A stretch of DNA of 64,000 nt from Armatimonadota bacterium. GTDB lineage: Bacteria; Armatimonadota; Zipacnadia; Zipacnadales; UBA5352. The stretch's first letter is position 1. The number at the start of each line of letters is the position of its first letter. Below, piece after piece: positions 27,417 through 36,947 of this stretch. The notes beneath the pieces were generated by a model. That model was not told where the DNA came from, searched no databases, and saw only the letters and a program-made list of their open reading frames with translations. The stretch covers positions 3,059 to 67,058 of the forward strand of contig JAYENL010000243.1 in NCBI GenBank assembly GCA_034722055.1, written 5' to 3'. A program made the translations under genes and the position numbers.

Positions 27417-29036
27417 TCAGTCAGCCGCCAGCAGCTCCACGGGCTTCCAGATCCCGCCTGCCAGCACGCGGTCGAGGACTCGCACGGCCACCACGTTCTC
27501 GCCCTCCCGCAGCGCATCGGTGACGTCCACCGCAAACGGCCTGTCCCACCCCGCCTCGCCGATGTCGTGCTGCCCCGCGAGCTGGCCGTTCACGTATACC
27601 CACGCGGACTCATCGACAGCGCCGAATGAGAGGAGGAGCGTGACGTTTTGGGGCAGCTCCTGCGCGGTGAAGCGCACGCGATACCAGGCCACGCCATCGT
27701 AGTCCACGCCCTGCTCCTCCCACGCCCGATCCACGCTCAGAGTCCGCCATTCGGAGTCGTCGAAGTCCGGTCGGAAGTAGCCGGCGCTCAGGCCGGCGTT
27801 GTCGGGATCGGTGATGAAGCGCCACTCGAGGGGGAGCCGCACAAGCACGCGAGCATCATCCGGGGGTGCGCTTGCCTGAACGGCCGACGCGCCGGCGGTG
27901 GCCGCGATGGTCGCCTCCCGGTAGGCCTCCGGGTAGGTGTCGCCGTACCATCGCTTTGCGCGCTCCGCCCATACCCAGACGTAGCGGTCAGCGAGGCCCA
28001 GGGCCGCGGTGAGCGTCTGCTGCAGCGACTGGGGCGAGTGGTAGTTGGCGGAGAAGTCCTCGGTGGACCACTCCTTGCTGCGGTGGTCCAGCCACACCCC
28101 GAAGCCGGCCTCGATGCCCGCGTCATACAGCCGGGGCACGCTCGAGAGCCGCCGCCCGACGTCCCTGATGGTGTGATACGCCGACAGGAAGTCCCGCTCG
28201 CTCCTGTAGGGGTACGAGAACTCGAAGCCGTCCACGATGCGCGCCGCGTCCGTCTTCCCCTCCAGCATACCGTCCACGAAGGCCGGCAGCAGCCCGTATC
28301 CGGTCTCCTGCAGGGCCGTGCCCCCGGACATGTAGTGGACGCTGGAGCTGTTGCACCACACGCACAACAACGTGATCTCGGGGAACGCCTCGCAGGCGGC
28401 AGCCATCCACTCTCGCCCGCGGTCTCGGGCGTGCTGCTGATACTCCTCGAAGCTGCGCTGGTCAGCGTGCGGGCGGTCCGGGTAGTAGAACAGGCTCAGG
28501 CCGGAGTAGCTCTCCACATCGAAGAAAAGCCCCGTGAGGCCGGCCTCGCGGGCGATGGTCGCCATCACCCCGATGTTGTGCACCGCGGCATGAAAGTCCG
28601 CGTCACAAAAGTCCACCTGCGCGGGGATTGCGTGCACCAGCAGGAAGTTGTCCGTCAGGTTCCGGAACGCGCACTGCTGCAGGTCGTCGATCACCCAGCG
28701 CCAGTCCTCAAGCTCCAGGCGCTGCGGCACGAAGACCCGGTCGGCGAGCCGGAACCGCTCCTCCCCGCGCCGAGTGTCAACCCGGTTGGGCAGCCTCGGA
28801 TCATGGCAGACGTTGATGACCACGCCCTGATAGCCGCTGCGCTCGAACACCTCCAGGTTCTCGCGCAGATACAGCGTGTTGGGGCTGTCCCAGCCGAAGG
28901 CGATGAGCCTCTTGCCATGCAGAGGATGCAGCTCCGCAGGCGAGATGGCCTCCGCCCGGACGGGAAGCGTCGCGGCCAGCAGTACGAGCGCCACCAATGC
29001 CATTCTGAGCGCCGTTCCGTCGAGGATTCGTTGCAT
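27417..29036 (-). CDS. Secreted hypothetical protein with C-terminal galactose-binding-like (GH2 N-terminal sugar-binding-like) domain
   Basis: Signal peptide MQRILDGTALRMALVALVLLAATLPVRAEA. C-terminus WRTLSVDRAWEEQGVDYDGVAWYRVRF...SAWVYVNGQLAGQHD...VVAVRVLD. Confidence 0.65.
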   Translation of the reverse strand: MQRILDGTALRMALVALVLLAATLPVRAEAISPAELHPLHGKRLIAFGWDSPNTLYLRENLEVFERSGYQGVVINVCHDPRLPNRVDTRRGEERFRLADRVFVPQRLELEDWRWVIDDLQQCAFRNLTDNFLLVHAIPAQVDFCDADFHAAVHNIGVMATIAREAGLTGLFFDVESYSGLSLFYYPDRPHADQRSFEEYQQHARDRGREWMAAACEAFPEITLLCVWCNSSSVHYMSGGTALQETGYGLLPAFVDGMLEGKTDAARIVDGFEFSYPYRSERDFLSAYHTIRDVGRRLSSVPRLYDAGIEAGFGVWLDHRSKEWSTEDFSANYHSPQSLQQTLTAALGLADRYVWVWAERAKRWYGDTYPEAYREATIAATAGASAVQASAPPDDARVLVRLPLEWRFITDPDNAGLSAGYFRPDFDDSEWRTLSVDRAWEEQGVDYDGVAWYRVRFTAQELPQNVTLLLSFGAVDESAWVYVNGQLAGQHDIGEAGWDRPFAVDVTDALREGENVVAVRVLDRVLAGGIWKPVELLAAD

Positions 29037-29293
29037 GGCGGGCCTCCTTCAGCGTGGGAGTGATCCGCGCCGCCGTGACGAGTGTCGTCTTCGCCACGAT
29101 AGCGCGCATTCCTGCCAGTGGCGGCTCGCAGGTCGGCCTCACGCAGCCGCCGCGGGCCGTCCACCGGAAGAGGTGCCCGGCCGCGCAGGTCTCGACCTGC
29201 TGCCGGCGAAGCCACCCACGGCAGCGGCTGCACGTCGCCGTTGCGTCTCGACAGAGCCTGTCACATGTCGCCGCACGTGAGGTGAGTCATCAG

Positions 29294-30349
29294 ATGGAGC
29301 CGGTGAAGATGGGCGTCATTGGCTGCGGAGTCATCGGCAGCCGCAATCTGCAGGACGCGCAGGCCAGCGAGCTTATCGACGTGGTCGCCGCCGCTGACCT
29401 GCGCGTGGAGCGCCGGGAGTGGGCCGCCGAGCAGGGCGTGCCTCGCATCTACGAGGACGGCCGCGATCTCCTGGACGAGGATGAGGAGGTGGAGGCTGTC
29501 ATCATCGCCTTCCCCGCGGCGGCCCGCACCGCCATGGCGCTGCGGGCCTTCGCGCGCGCCAGGCACGTGCTCGTCGAGAAGCCCGTGGCCATGAACGCCG
29601 CCGAGGTGGAGACCATGATCGAGGCCAAGGGCAACCTCGTGGCCGGCTGCTTCTCCGGGCGCTACCGGGCCTACGACTCCGCCGACGTGGCGACGCAGTT
29701 CGTGAGCGCCGGCAACCTGGGGGAGCTGCGGGAGCTGCATATCCGGGCGCTGATGGCCGCGGGGCCGCGCACCGACAGGGTGCCCCCGCCGTGGCGGGAG
29801 TCCTTCTGCATGAACGCGGGGGGCATCCTGACCAACTGGAGCTGCTACGACATGGACTACATCCTGGGCGTGGCGGGCTGGAGCTTCCGGCCACGCATGG
29901 TCCTGGCCCAGACGTGGCCCTGCGCGGAGCAGTTCCGACACCACGTGGCGCCCGAGTCCGACGCCGACGCGCACTTCTCCGCCTTCGTCCGCGGCGACGC
30001 CGGCGCCGTCCTGACGGTCGAGCGCGCTGAGTTCGCGGCGGCGGCCACGCAGCAGGCCTGGCAGATCGTGGGCACCGACGGGGCGCTGCGGCTGGAGATG
30101 CTCGCCACCGGGGAGCGGGAGATCATCCACGACGAGGGCCGCGGCGAGGAGGGCGTCGTCTCGAACACCCTCTGGAAGGGCGACGATCGCGAGGGCGGGG
30201 GCAATCCCCGGCTGATCGAGCGCTTCGCCCGCGCCGTCCGCGGCGATGGGAAGCCCGTGACCACCCTGGAGCAGTCGCTGGTGATCGCGCAGATCAGCGA
30301 CGCCATCTACCAGTCCGCCGCCAGCGGTGAGGCCGTGGAGATCCTGTAG
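29294..30349 (+). CDS. Gfo/Idh/MocA family NAD(P)-dependent oxidoreductase
   Basis: MEPVKMGVIGCGVIGSRN (Rossmann GxGxxG), EKP motif (HVLVEKPVA). SD GAGGTGAG upstream. The upstream 80 codons of the track ORF are discarded. Confidence 0.8.
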   Translation: MEPVKMGVIGCGVIGSRNLQDAQASELIDVVAAADLRVERREWAAEQGVPRIYEDGRDLLDEDEEVEAVIIAFPAAARTAMALRAFARARHVLVEKPVAMNAAEVETMIEAKGNLVAGCFSGRYRAYDSADVATQFVSAGNLGELRELHIRALMAAGPRTDRVPPPWRESFCMNAGGILTNWSCYDMDYILGVAGWSFRPRMVLAQTWPCAEQFRHHVAPESDADAHFSAFVRGDAGAVLTVERAEFAAAATQQAWQIVGTDGALRLEMLATGEREIIHDEGRGEEGVVSNTLWKGDDREGGGNPRLIERFARAVRGDGKPVTTLEQSLVIAQISDAIYQSAASGEAVEIL

Positions 30350-30568
30350 CAAACCCGTCGGCAAGGGCCGGATGTGACCGCGGGGCGCCGTCGCCGGCGG
30401 TGGTCCCCTGCCCCGAGGGACGTCACCGGCATCACTTCCGAGATTCGTCGTCAAGAGGGGTTGCGCGCAGCGCTGGAGTACGCTATAATCGTTGCAATAT
30501 CAACTATTCTGCCGAGCCCTGGCTGGCGGCTGACGCACCCGTGCTGGTTCTGCAAGGAGGCCCGCCTC

Positions 30569-32491
30569 ATGCGAGGCATGGGACCGGAGAGAAGCATCGG
30601 GGGCATGGGCCGCACCTTCGGCCTCCACAGGCACATGTCTGACGGCTCCGAACACCCGCCGGTGCGGGTGACACGGGCGCGCCTGGGCCGGGTCTTGCGG
30701 TATTTCAGTCCGTATTGGCCGCAGTGGATCGCCATCCTGCTGTGCATCGCGGTCACCTCGGGACTGGGCGTGGTCCCGCCGCTGCTGGTCGCTCAGATCC
30801 TCGACGACGCCATACCCGACAAGAGCATGAGGCTGCTCTACACGCTCGTCGGCGGCATCGTCGGGGTGACCGTTGTATCCGGGCTGCTTAACGTGTTGCA
30901 GAGCTGGCTGGCCGCGCGGCTGGGGCAGGGCATCATGCACGACCTGCGCAACCACCTCTACCGCCATTTGCAGAACCAGTCGCTGGGCTTCTACACCACC
31001 GAGCGCGCCGGGGAGATCGTCTCGCGCGTGAACAACGACGTGGGCGCGGTGCAGCACGTCGCCACCTCCACGGTCGTGGACATCGCCAGGAATCTCATGA
31101 CGCTTGTCGCCACGCTGATTGCCATGTTCTCGCTCAGCCCCTGGCTGGCGGCTCTGGCAATCACCGTGGTGCCCCTGTTCTCCTTTCCCACCCGATTGGT
31201 CGGGCGCATCCGCCACCGCCTCTCGCGCCAGACACAGGAGCAGTATGCCGAGCTGGTCGCGTTCATGGAGGAGCGGCTGAACATCGGCGGCATGGTGCTG
31301 GCGAAGATATTCGGCCAGGTGGACACTGACGCCGACCAGTTCGCCCAGCGCAGCCTGGGAGTCGCGGATCTGAACGTCAAGCAGGCGATGGCCGGCCGGT
31401 GGCTGTTCATGGTCCTGTCGGTCTTCAGCGTAGCCGGGCCGGCGCTGATCTACCTCTACGGCGGATACCAGGTGATCACCGGCTCCCTGTCAGTCGGCAT
31501 CCTCATTGCATTCGTGGCCTTGCTGACCAACCTCTACCGGCCCGTCGGCCAGCTCGCCAACGTCTACGTCAACCTCCAGGCCTCCCTGGCCGTGTTCGAG
31601 CGCATCTTCGAGTACCTCGACCGCCGCCCGGAGGTGGTTGACAGCCCGGACGCGGTGAAGCTGACGCACGTGCGCGGCGACATCCGCCTGGAGCACGTCA
31701 GCTTCGAGTATCCCCGGCCGTCGTATCTCGCACGCGCCGGAGACGGCGCCGGCGACGAGGTCGCGGATGATAGCCGCAGGGCCCTGCACGACATCTCCTT
31801 CGAGATCGAGGCTGGCCAGCGGGTCGCGCTGGTGGGGCCCAGCGGCGCGGGCAAGACCACCATCACCTACCTGCTTCCGCGCTTCTACGACCCGACCGAG
31901 GGCCGCATCCTCCTGGACGGACACGACCTGCGCGAGATCACCCAGGAGAGCCTGCGCCGGCACATCGGCGTCGTCACCCAGGACACCTTCCTGTTCCACA
32001 CCAGCGTGCGCGAGAATCTGCTCTACGCCCGGCCGGATGCGACAGGGGAGGAGATGTTCGCGGCGACCCGGTCGGCGAACATCCACGAGTTCATCACCGC
32101 GCTGCCGGAGGGCTACGGCACCATGGTAGGCGAGCGGGGCTTCCGGCTCTCCGGCGGGGAGAAGCAGCGGCTGGCCATCGCGCGGGCGCTGCTGAAGGCC
32201 CCCAGGATCCTGATCCTCGACGAGGCCACCAGCCACCTGGACGCCACGTCCGAGCACCTCATCCAGCAGGCGCTGGAGGTCCTCCTGGAGGGCCGCACGA
32301 GCGTGATCATCGCCCACCGGCTCTCCACCATCCTCAACGCCGACAGGATCGTGGTGCTCGACAAGGGGCACCTGGTCGGGGTCGGCTCACACGCCGAGCT
32401 GCTGCGCAACGGGGGGCTCTACGCCGACCTGTTCGACCGCCAGTTCGGCAGCGCCATCGCGCAGGCCAACGCGGCGTCGGGGGAGGCCTGA
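30569..32491 (+). CDS. ABC transporter fused permease/ATP-binding protein (MsbA-like exporter)
   Basis: Six-TM N-terminal domain. Walker A GPSGAGKTT, ABC signature LSGGEKQRLAIARAL, Walker B ILILDEATSHLD. Start chosen at the ATG 8 nt after SD AAGGAGG. Confidence 0.85.
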   Translation: MRGMGPERSIGGMGRTFGLHRHMSDGSEHPPVRVTRARLGRVLRYFSPYWPQWIAILLCIAVTSGLGVVPPLLVAQILDDAIPDKSMRLLYTLVGGIVGVTVVSGLLNVLQSWLAARLGQGIMHDLRNHLYRHLQNQSLGFYTTERAGEIVSRVNNDVGAVQHVATSTVVDIARNLMTLVATLIAMFSLSPWLAALAITVVPLFSFPTRLVGRIRHRLSRQTQEQYAELVAFMEERLNIGGMVLAKIFGQVDTDADQFAQRSLGVADLNVKQAMAGRWLFMVLSVFSVAGPALIYLYGGYQVITGSLSVGILIAFVALLTNLYRPVGQLANVYVNLQASLAVFERIFEYLDRRPEVVDSPDAVKLTHVRGDIRLEHVSFEYPRPSYLARAGDGAGDEVADDSRRALHDISFEIEAGQRVALVGPSGAGKTTITYLLPRFYDPTEGRILLDGHDLREITQESLRRHIGVVTQDTFLFHTSVRENLLYARPDATGEEMFAATRSANIHEFITALPEGYGTMVGERGFRLSGGEKQRLAIARALLKAPRILILDEATSHLDATSEHLIQQALEVLLEGRTSVIIAHRLSTILNADRIVVLDKGHLVGVGSHAELLRNGGLYADLFDRQFGSAIAQANAASGEA

Positions 32492-32559
32492 GCTCCCGAC
32501 CGCTGCTGGCCACGGTCACAAGGGGGGCAGACGCCTCCGACGCGGACCCCTGTCGCTGA

Positions 32560-34590
32560 TCACTGCTCACCGCTCAGGCGCAGCACCCGCACTCGCTGCG
32601 GGAGCGCTGGGACCTCCAGAAGGGCGACGCCATCGCTGACGGGCGCCTCCGCCTCCCAGCCGCGCAGGAGGTCCTCCGCCAGGAGACGCTCGCCATCCAG
32701 CCCCAGGCGCGCGGCCTCTATCCTCAACTGCACCGGCCGCAGCTCTCGTGTGGAGTTGTAGGCGGTCAGGTAGACGCGTCCCTCACTGTCAGGCCCCCAC
32801 CGCTCCAGCCAGATGGCGGGATCGCCGCTCTCCGCCCGGGTCACCGGCTCCCACCCGGCGGCGTTGATGGTGCGGAGGATGGGCACGAAGCGGCGGTTGA
32901 GGTCCGCCACCTGCTCGAAGCAGCTCATCCAGGGGTAGATGCCGTAGAGCGTGCACAGGTTGTAGTAGGCCCGCATCTTCGCCGGCTCCCCCGAAACCCT
33001 GTAGATCAGCAGCAGGAAGGGCTTCCGGTAGGCCATGACGCGCTTCTGCTCCAGGAAGCGATGGCCCTCCACGCCCAGCACGTCCGTGGCGAAGCAATGG
33101 AAGCGGCGGGCGGGCCGCAGGCCGTTGCCGAAGACCAGCTTCCCCTGCTGGTGCGTGCGCTCCCGCAGCGCCCACAGGAACTCCAGCAGCGCGAAGCGGT
33201 TGTGGATGGCCGGCCGCCCCGTGTTGGGGTCGAAGGTCAACGGGACCTGCGCGTAGGCGAAGTGCTCGCGGCGGAAGTTGAGGTACGAGCCCCAGCTTGC
33301 CAGCGAGTCCACGTAGGTGCCGTCCAGCGACGGCTCCCGCCGGTGCATCTCATCCACCTGGTCGAGCAGCTCCTTCGCGATCGTGGGCCGGTCGCTGTCC
33401 TCGAAGAGCCGGGGATTGGTGTTCATCGGGAAGGTCACGCAGTTACCGCCCCACGCGGTCTCCCGCAGGCGCACCTGCGGCAGACCCTCGGGGTCGTGGA
33501 GCATGCAACTGCGGATGATCTCCTTGACCCGCGCGCCCGGCAGCCGCCGCAGCTCCATGGTTGTGTGGATCTCGTCAGGCGGCTCCCAGCTCTGGAACAC
33601 CTCCCAGGCCTCCTGCTTGCTCTCCGGCAGGTCGGCCAGACCGGTGATCTCCCGCTGGCCGGGCAGGATGTAGGGGCAGGTGGCGATGCCGTGACGGTCA
33701 TCCCACTGCGCCTCATCGAGGCTCTGCACCGCCTCGTGGAAGGCGTAGCTCTCCGGGTCCGGGATCTCGTCCGTTCGCCCCCGCCGCACGACCCACAGGC
33801 CCTCTCGCTCCGGGCGGCTCTCGAAGGCCCACGGGTAGAGCGCATAGTAGCGTCGCGCCGCGTCCCGCAGGCCCCAGCGGCCGTCGCAGCGGTAGATCAC
33901 GAAGCGGAAGGGCGCGCGACTTCTCAACTCACGGCTTGCCGCAGGCGAGAGGCCGAAGCGGAAGCGCACCGCGAAGCCTCGCTCGGCGTCATGCCGGAAC
34001 CAGCAGAAGCACGGGGAGTCCGCCGGCACCGCCAGCGCCAGCCCCGCGCCCGTCGCCGGATCGCTCAGGCTGCAGAAGGTGGTCTGTGACTACTCCACGG
34101 GCTCGGCGCCCAGCGGCACCTCCTCCCGGATACTCTTCCCCCAACGCCATCCCTCGCCGCCGGCCGGCAGGCTGAAGCCCACCTCCACGCCCCGGTCCTC
34201 CCCCGTCAGGTCCTCGATCTGGCCCTCGCAGGCGAGGGTGCCGCCCAGCGGCCGGTAGGTCGCCTCCACCCTCAGCCCCAGGCCTTCGTAGTGGCGGCTC
34301 TGCCTGACAGCGCCGTCCTCGGCCGCCAGTGTTCCCGCCACGGGGATGAAGTCGCCCCCGTAGGGGCGTATCCACAGCCCCGACATCGCCTCACTCAGGG
34401 CCACGGAGCGCCCGTCGAGAGCGACGCGCGCGACCTCGCCACCATCATTCAGCGCGACAGTCAGGCCGTCGTCCGTGGTGAGCGCCATCGGACCTTCCTC
34501 ATCGCCATCCGCCGCTCCCGCCATGTGCAGGCAAGCACTCAGCACGAGCGAGATGGCCGCGAGTGTCAGCCCGCGCACGAGCATGTCCAT
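32560..34590 (-). pseudogene. Secreted hypothetical protein interrupted by a single in-frame TAG (34090..34092): N-terminal 166-codon piece with signal peptide plus in-frame 489-codon C-terminal piece
   Basis: ORFs 34090..34590 and 32560..34029 are in the same frame, 60 nt apart, separated by one TAG. The upstream piece has the signal peptide MDMLVRGLTLAAISLVLSACLHMAGA. The downstream piece has only a GTG start and no SD. The translation reads continuously across the stop (…GAEPVE*SQTTFCSLSDPATGAGLALAVPADSP…). Confidence 0.5.
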
Positions 34591-34899
34591 GAGGCTCTCT
34601 CCCTGTCGGAATGAAGCTCTTCTGCGCCGGAGGTGTTCGTCATGAGGGGGTTCGGCCCCTCGCCAGGATGCCTGGCGCGTAGTACTCGCGTAGGTCGGCC
34701 CGCGCCTGACGGCGGCCGTCAGGTGCGGGTGAGAGCGCCCGGGCGCGCGCTCTCAGCTTCCAGCCCGACCCCTATTCTCCGGGCTGAGACCCCGATGCCT
34801 ACTGAGGGTAGCGGGCGGCAGGGAGGACTGCACCGGGGCAGGTCGGAAGTCTCCATGCGGCGAGAGAACCCACGTGTCGGGCGGCGGGAGGACGTGACC

Positions 34900-36396
34900 A
34901 TGACCGGATACATGGAGCTGGCGTGCCTGGGGGTCCTTACCCTGATGGTGAGCGTGAGCGCGGCCAGGAGCGAGCCGGTTGAGATCGGATCGCGCCTGGA
35001 GCTGCTGGTGGACGAGCACCTGATCGAGCGTATGACCGGCGACGCGCGCCTGCGGCTGCATCACCCCGTGCCGCGGGAGGTGGTGCAGCTCCGCGACAGG
35101 CCGTGGGAGGGCAACTCCAGCGGCTACACCACAGTCTTCCAGGACGGCGACATCTACCGGATGTACTATCGCGGATCGCACATCATCTACAGGGAGGGCT
35201 CCATCGAGACGCCACACCGCGAGCTGGTCTGCTACGCCGAGAGCGAGGACGGCATCGCATGGACGCGCCCCGAGCTGGGCCTCGTGGAGTTCGAGGGCTC
35301 CTCTGCCAACAACATCATCCACGACGGCCTCGGCTCGCACAACTTCACTCCCTTCAAGGACACGAACCCCGACTGCACGCCCGAGGCGGCCTACAAGGCC
35401 CTGGCGTGGGGACGCGGCGAGGGCACCGAGAAGGGTCTCTACGCCTTCCGGTCCGCCGACGCGATCCACTGGTCGCTGATGAGCGATGACCCCGTTATCA
35501 CCACCGGCGCCTTCGACTCCCAGAACCTGGCCTTCTGGGACAGCGAGCGCGGCGAGTACCGGGAGTATCACCGCGCGGGCCGCAAAGGGCGCGACATCAT
35601 GACCGGCACCTCCGACGACTTCCTGCACTGGAGCGAGCCCCGCTTCCTGGACTACTCCCCGGGCCGCGTCAGCGAGCTCTACACCAACCAGGTGATGCCC
35701 TACTACCGCGCCCCGCACATCCTGCTGGGCTTCCCCACGCGCTACGTGGACTACGCCTGGGCGGAGTCCACCAGGAGGCTGCCCCAGCAGGAGTACCGGC
35801 ACATGGTGGCCAGCTCCTCCCGGCGGTCGGGCACTGCCATCACCGACGGGATGTTCATGACCAGCCGGGACCGCGTGAGCTTCCGGGTGTGGCCGGAGTC
35901 CTTCATCCGCCCCGGCATCCAGCGCCCCCGGAGCTGGTTCTACGGCGATAACTATCAGGCCTGGGGGCTGGTGGAGACGCGGCCCACGCTGCAGGGCGCG
36001 CCGAACGAGCTGTCGATCTACGTCAGCGAGGGCGGACGCCAGCCCGACGGCGTCAGCATCCGGCGCTACACGCTGCGCATCGACGGCTTCGTCTCGGTGG
36101 AGGTGCCTCTCAGCGGGGGCGAGCTGCTCACCAGGCCCGTGGTCTTCGAGGGCGAGGAGCTGATCATCAACGTCTCCACCTCCGCCGCCGGCAGCGTGCG
36201 CGTGGAGCTGCAGGATGAGCTCGGCATGGCTATCCCGGCGTTCGCGCTCGACGACTGCCCCAGGATCTTCGGCGACGAGATCGAGCGCCCGGTGCAGTGG
36301 GGCGAGGAGGCGAACCTGGCGGAGCTGGCCGGCACGCCCGTGCGCCTGCGCTTCGAGCTGGCGGACGCCGATCTCTACTCGTTCAGGTTCCGCTGA
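34900..36396 (+). CDS. Secreted putative glycoside hydrolase, beta-propeller fold (GH43/GH32/GH130-superfamily-like)
   Basis: Signal peptide MTGYMELACLGVLTLMVSVSAARS. SD GGGAGGA 7 nt upstream. Repeated D/E-containing blade-like motifs (YTTVFQDGDIYRMYY, ESEDGIAWTRPELG, RSADAIHWS). The family assignment is tentative. Confidence 0.6.
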   Translation: MTGYMELACLGVLTLMVSVSAARSEPVEIGSRLELLVDEHLIERMTGDARLRLHHPVPREVVQLRDRPWEGNSSGYTTVFQDGDIYRMYYRGSHIIYREGSIETPHRELVCYAESEDGIAWTRPELGLVEFEGSSANNIIHDGLGSHNFTPFKDTNPDCTPEAAYKALAWGRGEGTEKGLYAFRSADAIHWSLMSDDPVITTGAFDSQNLAFWDSERGEYREYHRAGRKGRDIMTGTSDDFLHWSEPRFLDYSPGRVSELYTNQVMPYYRAPHILLGFPTRYVDYAWAESTRRLPQQEYRHMVASSSRRSGTAITDGMFMTSRDRVSFRVWPESFIRPGIQRPRSWFYGDNYQAWGLVETRPTLQGAPNELSIYVSEGGRQPDGVSIRRYTLRIDGFVSVEVPLSGGELLTRPVVFEGEELIINVSTSAAGSVRVELQDELGMAIPAFALDDCPRIFGDEIERPVQWGEEANLAELAGTPVRLRFELADADLYSFRFR

Positions 36397-36540
36397 GTCC
36401 TTGGCCGGAGATGGCCGCAGGTCCCGCGGCTGCCCTGGCGAACTGACCACGTACTCGCCGAGGCCGCGAAAGCCTCCTCAGGACACGCTCACGCGGACGG
36501 AGGACAGCAGACAGGAACCCTTGTGAGTCGCGGAAGTCAG

Positions 36541-36680
36541 CGGATGTTGACGACGAGCGCGGTCGCGGGGCCTGGTGCTCGTGAAGATGTGCGAGAACTC
36601 GTTGGAGGGGCCGCCGGGCGCGCAGCGCCCGGTGAGGCCTGTGAGCGGAGCGAAGAGGCCGAAGGTTCCACCCCGGCCCA
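36541..36680 (+). repeat. Copy B of the ~140-nt conserved intergenic repeat
   Basis: Aligns end to end with 6301..6440. Lies 145 nt after the stop of the upstream + gene. 14-nt inverted partner (ggccggggtggcac) about 70 nt downstream at ~36747..36760. Confidence 0.6.
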
Positions 36681-36947
36681 TGATGCGCAGGTCTGCGGAC
36701 GGGCAAAATGGCGTGCAGGCGAGGGCGCCTGCACTACTTAGCGTGTAGGCCGGGGTGGCACCTGAGCGGCGCGTTCGGAGACCGCGCTGCTCACGCAGGC
36801 GCATACGCGCCTCTTCTCGCCTCGACAATTCGCCCGCTTGCTACGCTCGCGGCGACCTCTCCATGGCGGCAGCAAGCGTGTTACTGTGAGGCAGGATAAC
36901 ACCCGGACTTCTGCTACAGATTCGGTCATCAGGCAGGGGATATAGCC

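Noticed and set aside
30374-30568. Longer N-terminus for the ABC transporter (ORF begins at 30374)
   Set aside because: The upstream 65 codons are Arg-rich and precede a strong AAGGAGG ribosome-binding site positioned for the ATG at 30569.
34090-34092. TAG recoding (alternative genetic code or pyrrolysine) as the explanation for the in-frame amber codon
   Set aside because: TAG is used as an ordinary stop by other confident genes in the window, for example the TPR gene at 21517..21519 and the TolA-like gene at 25535..25537. No pyl genes are evident.
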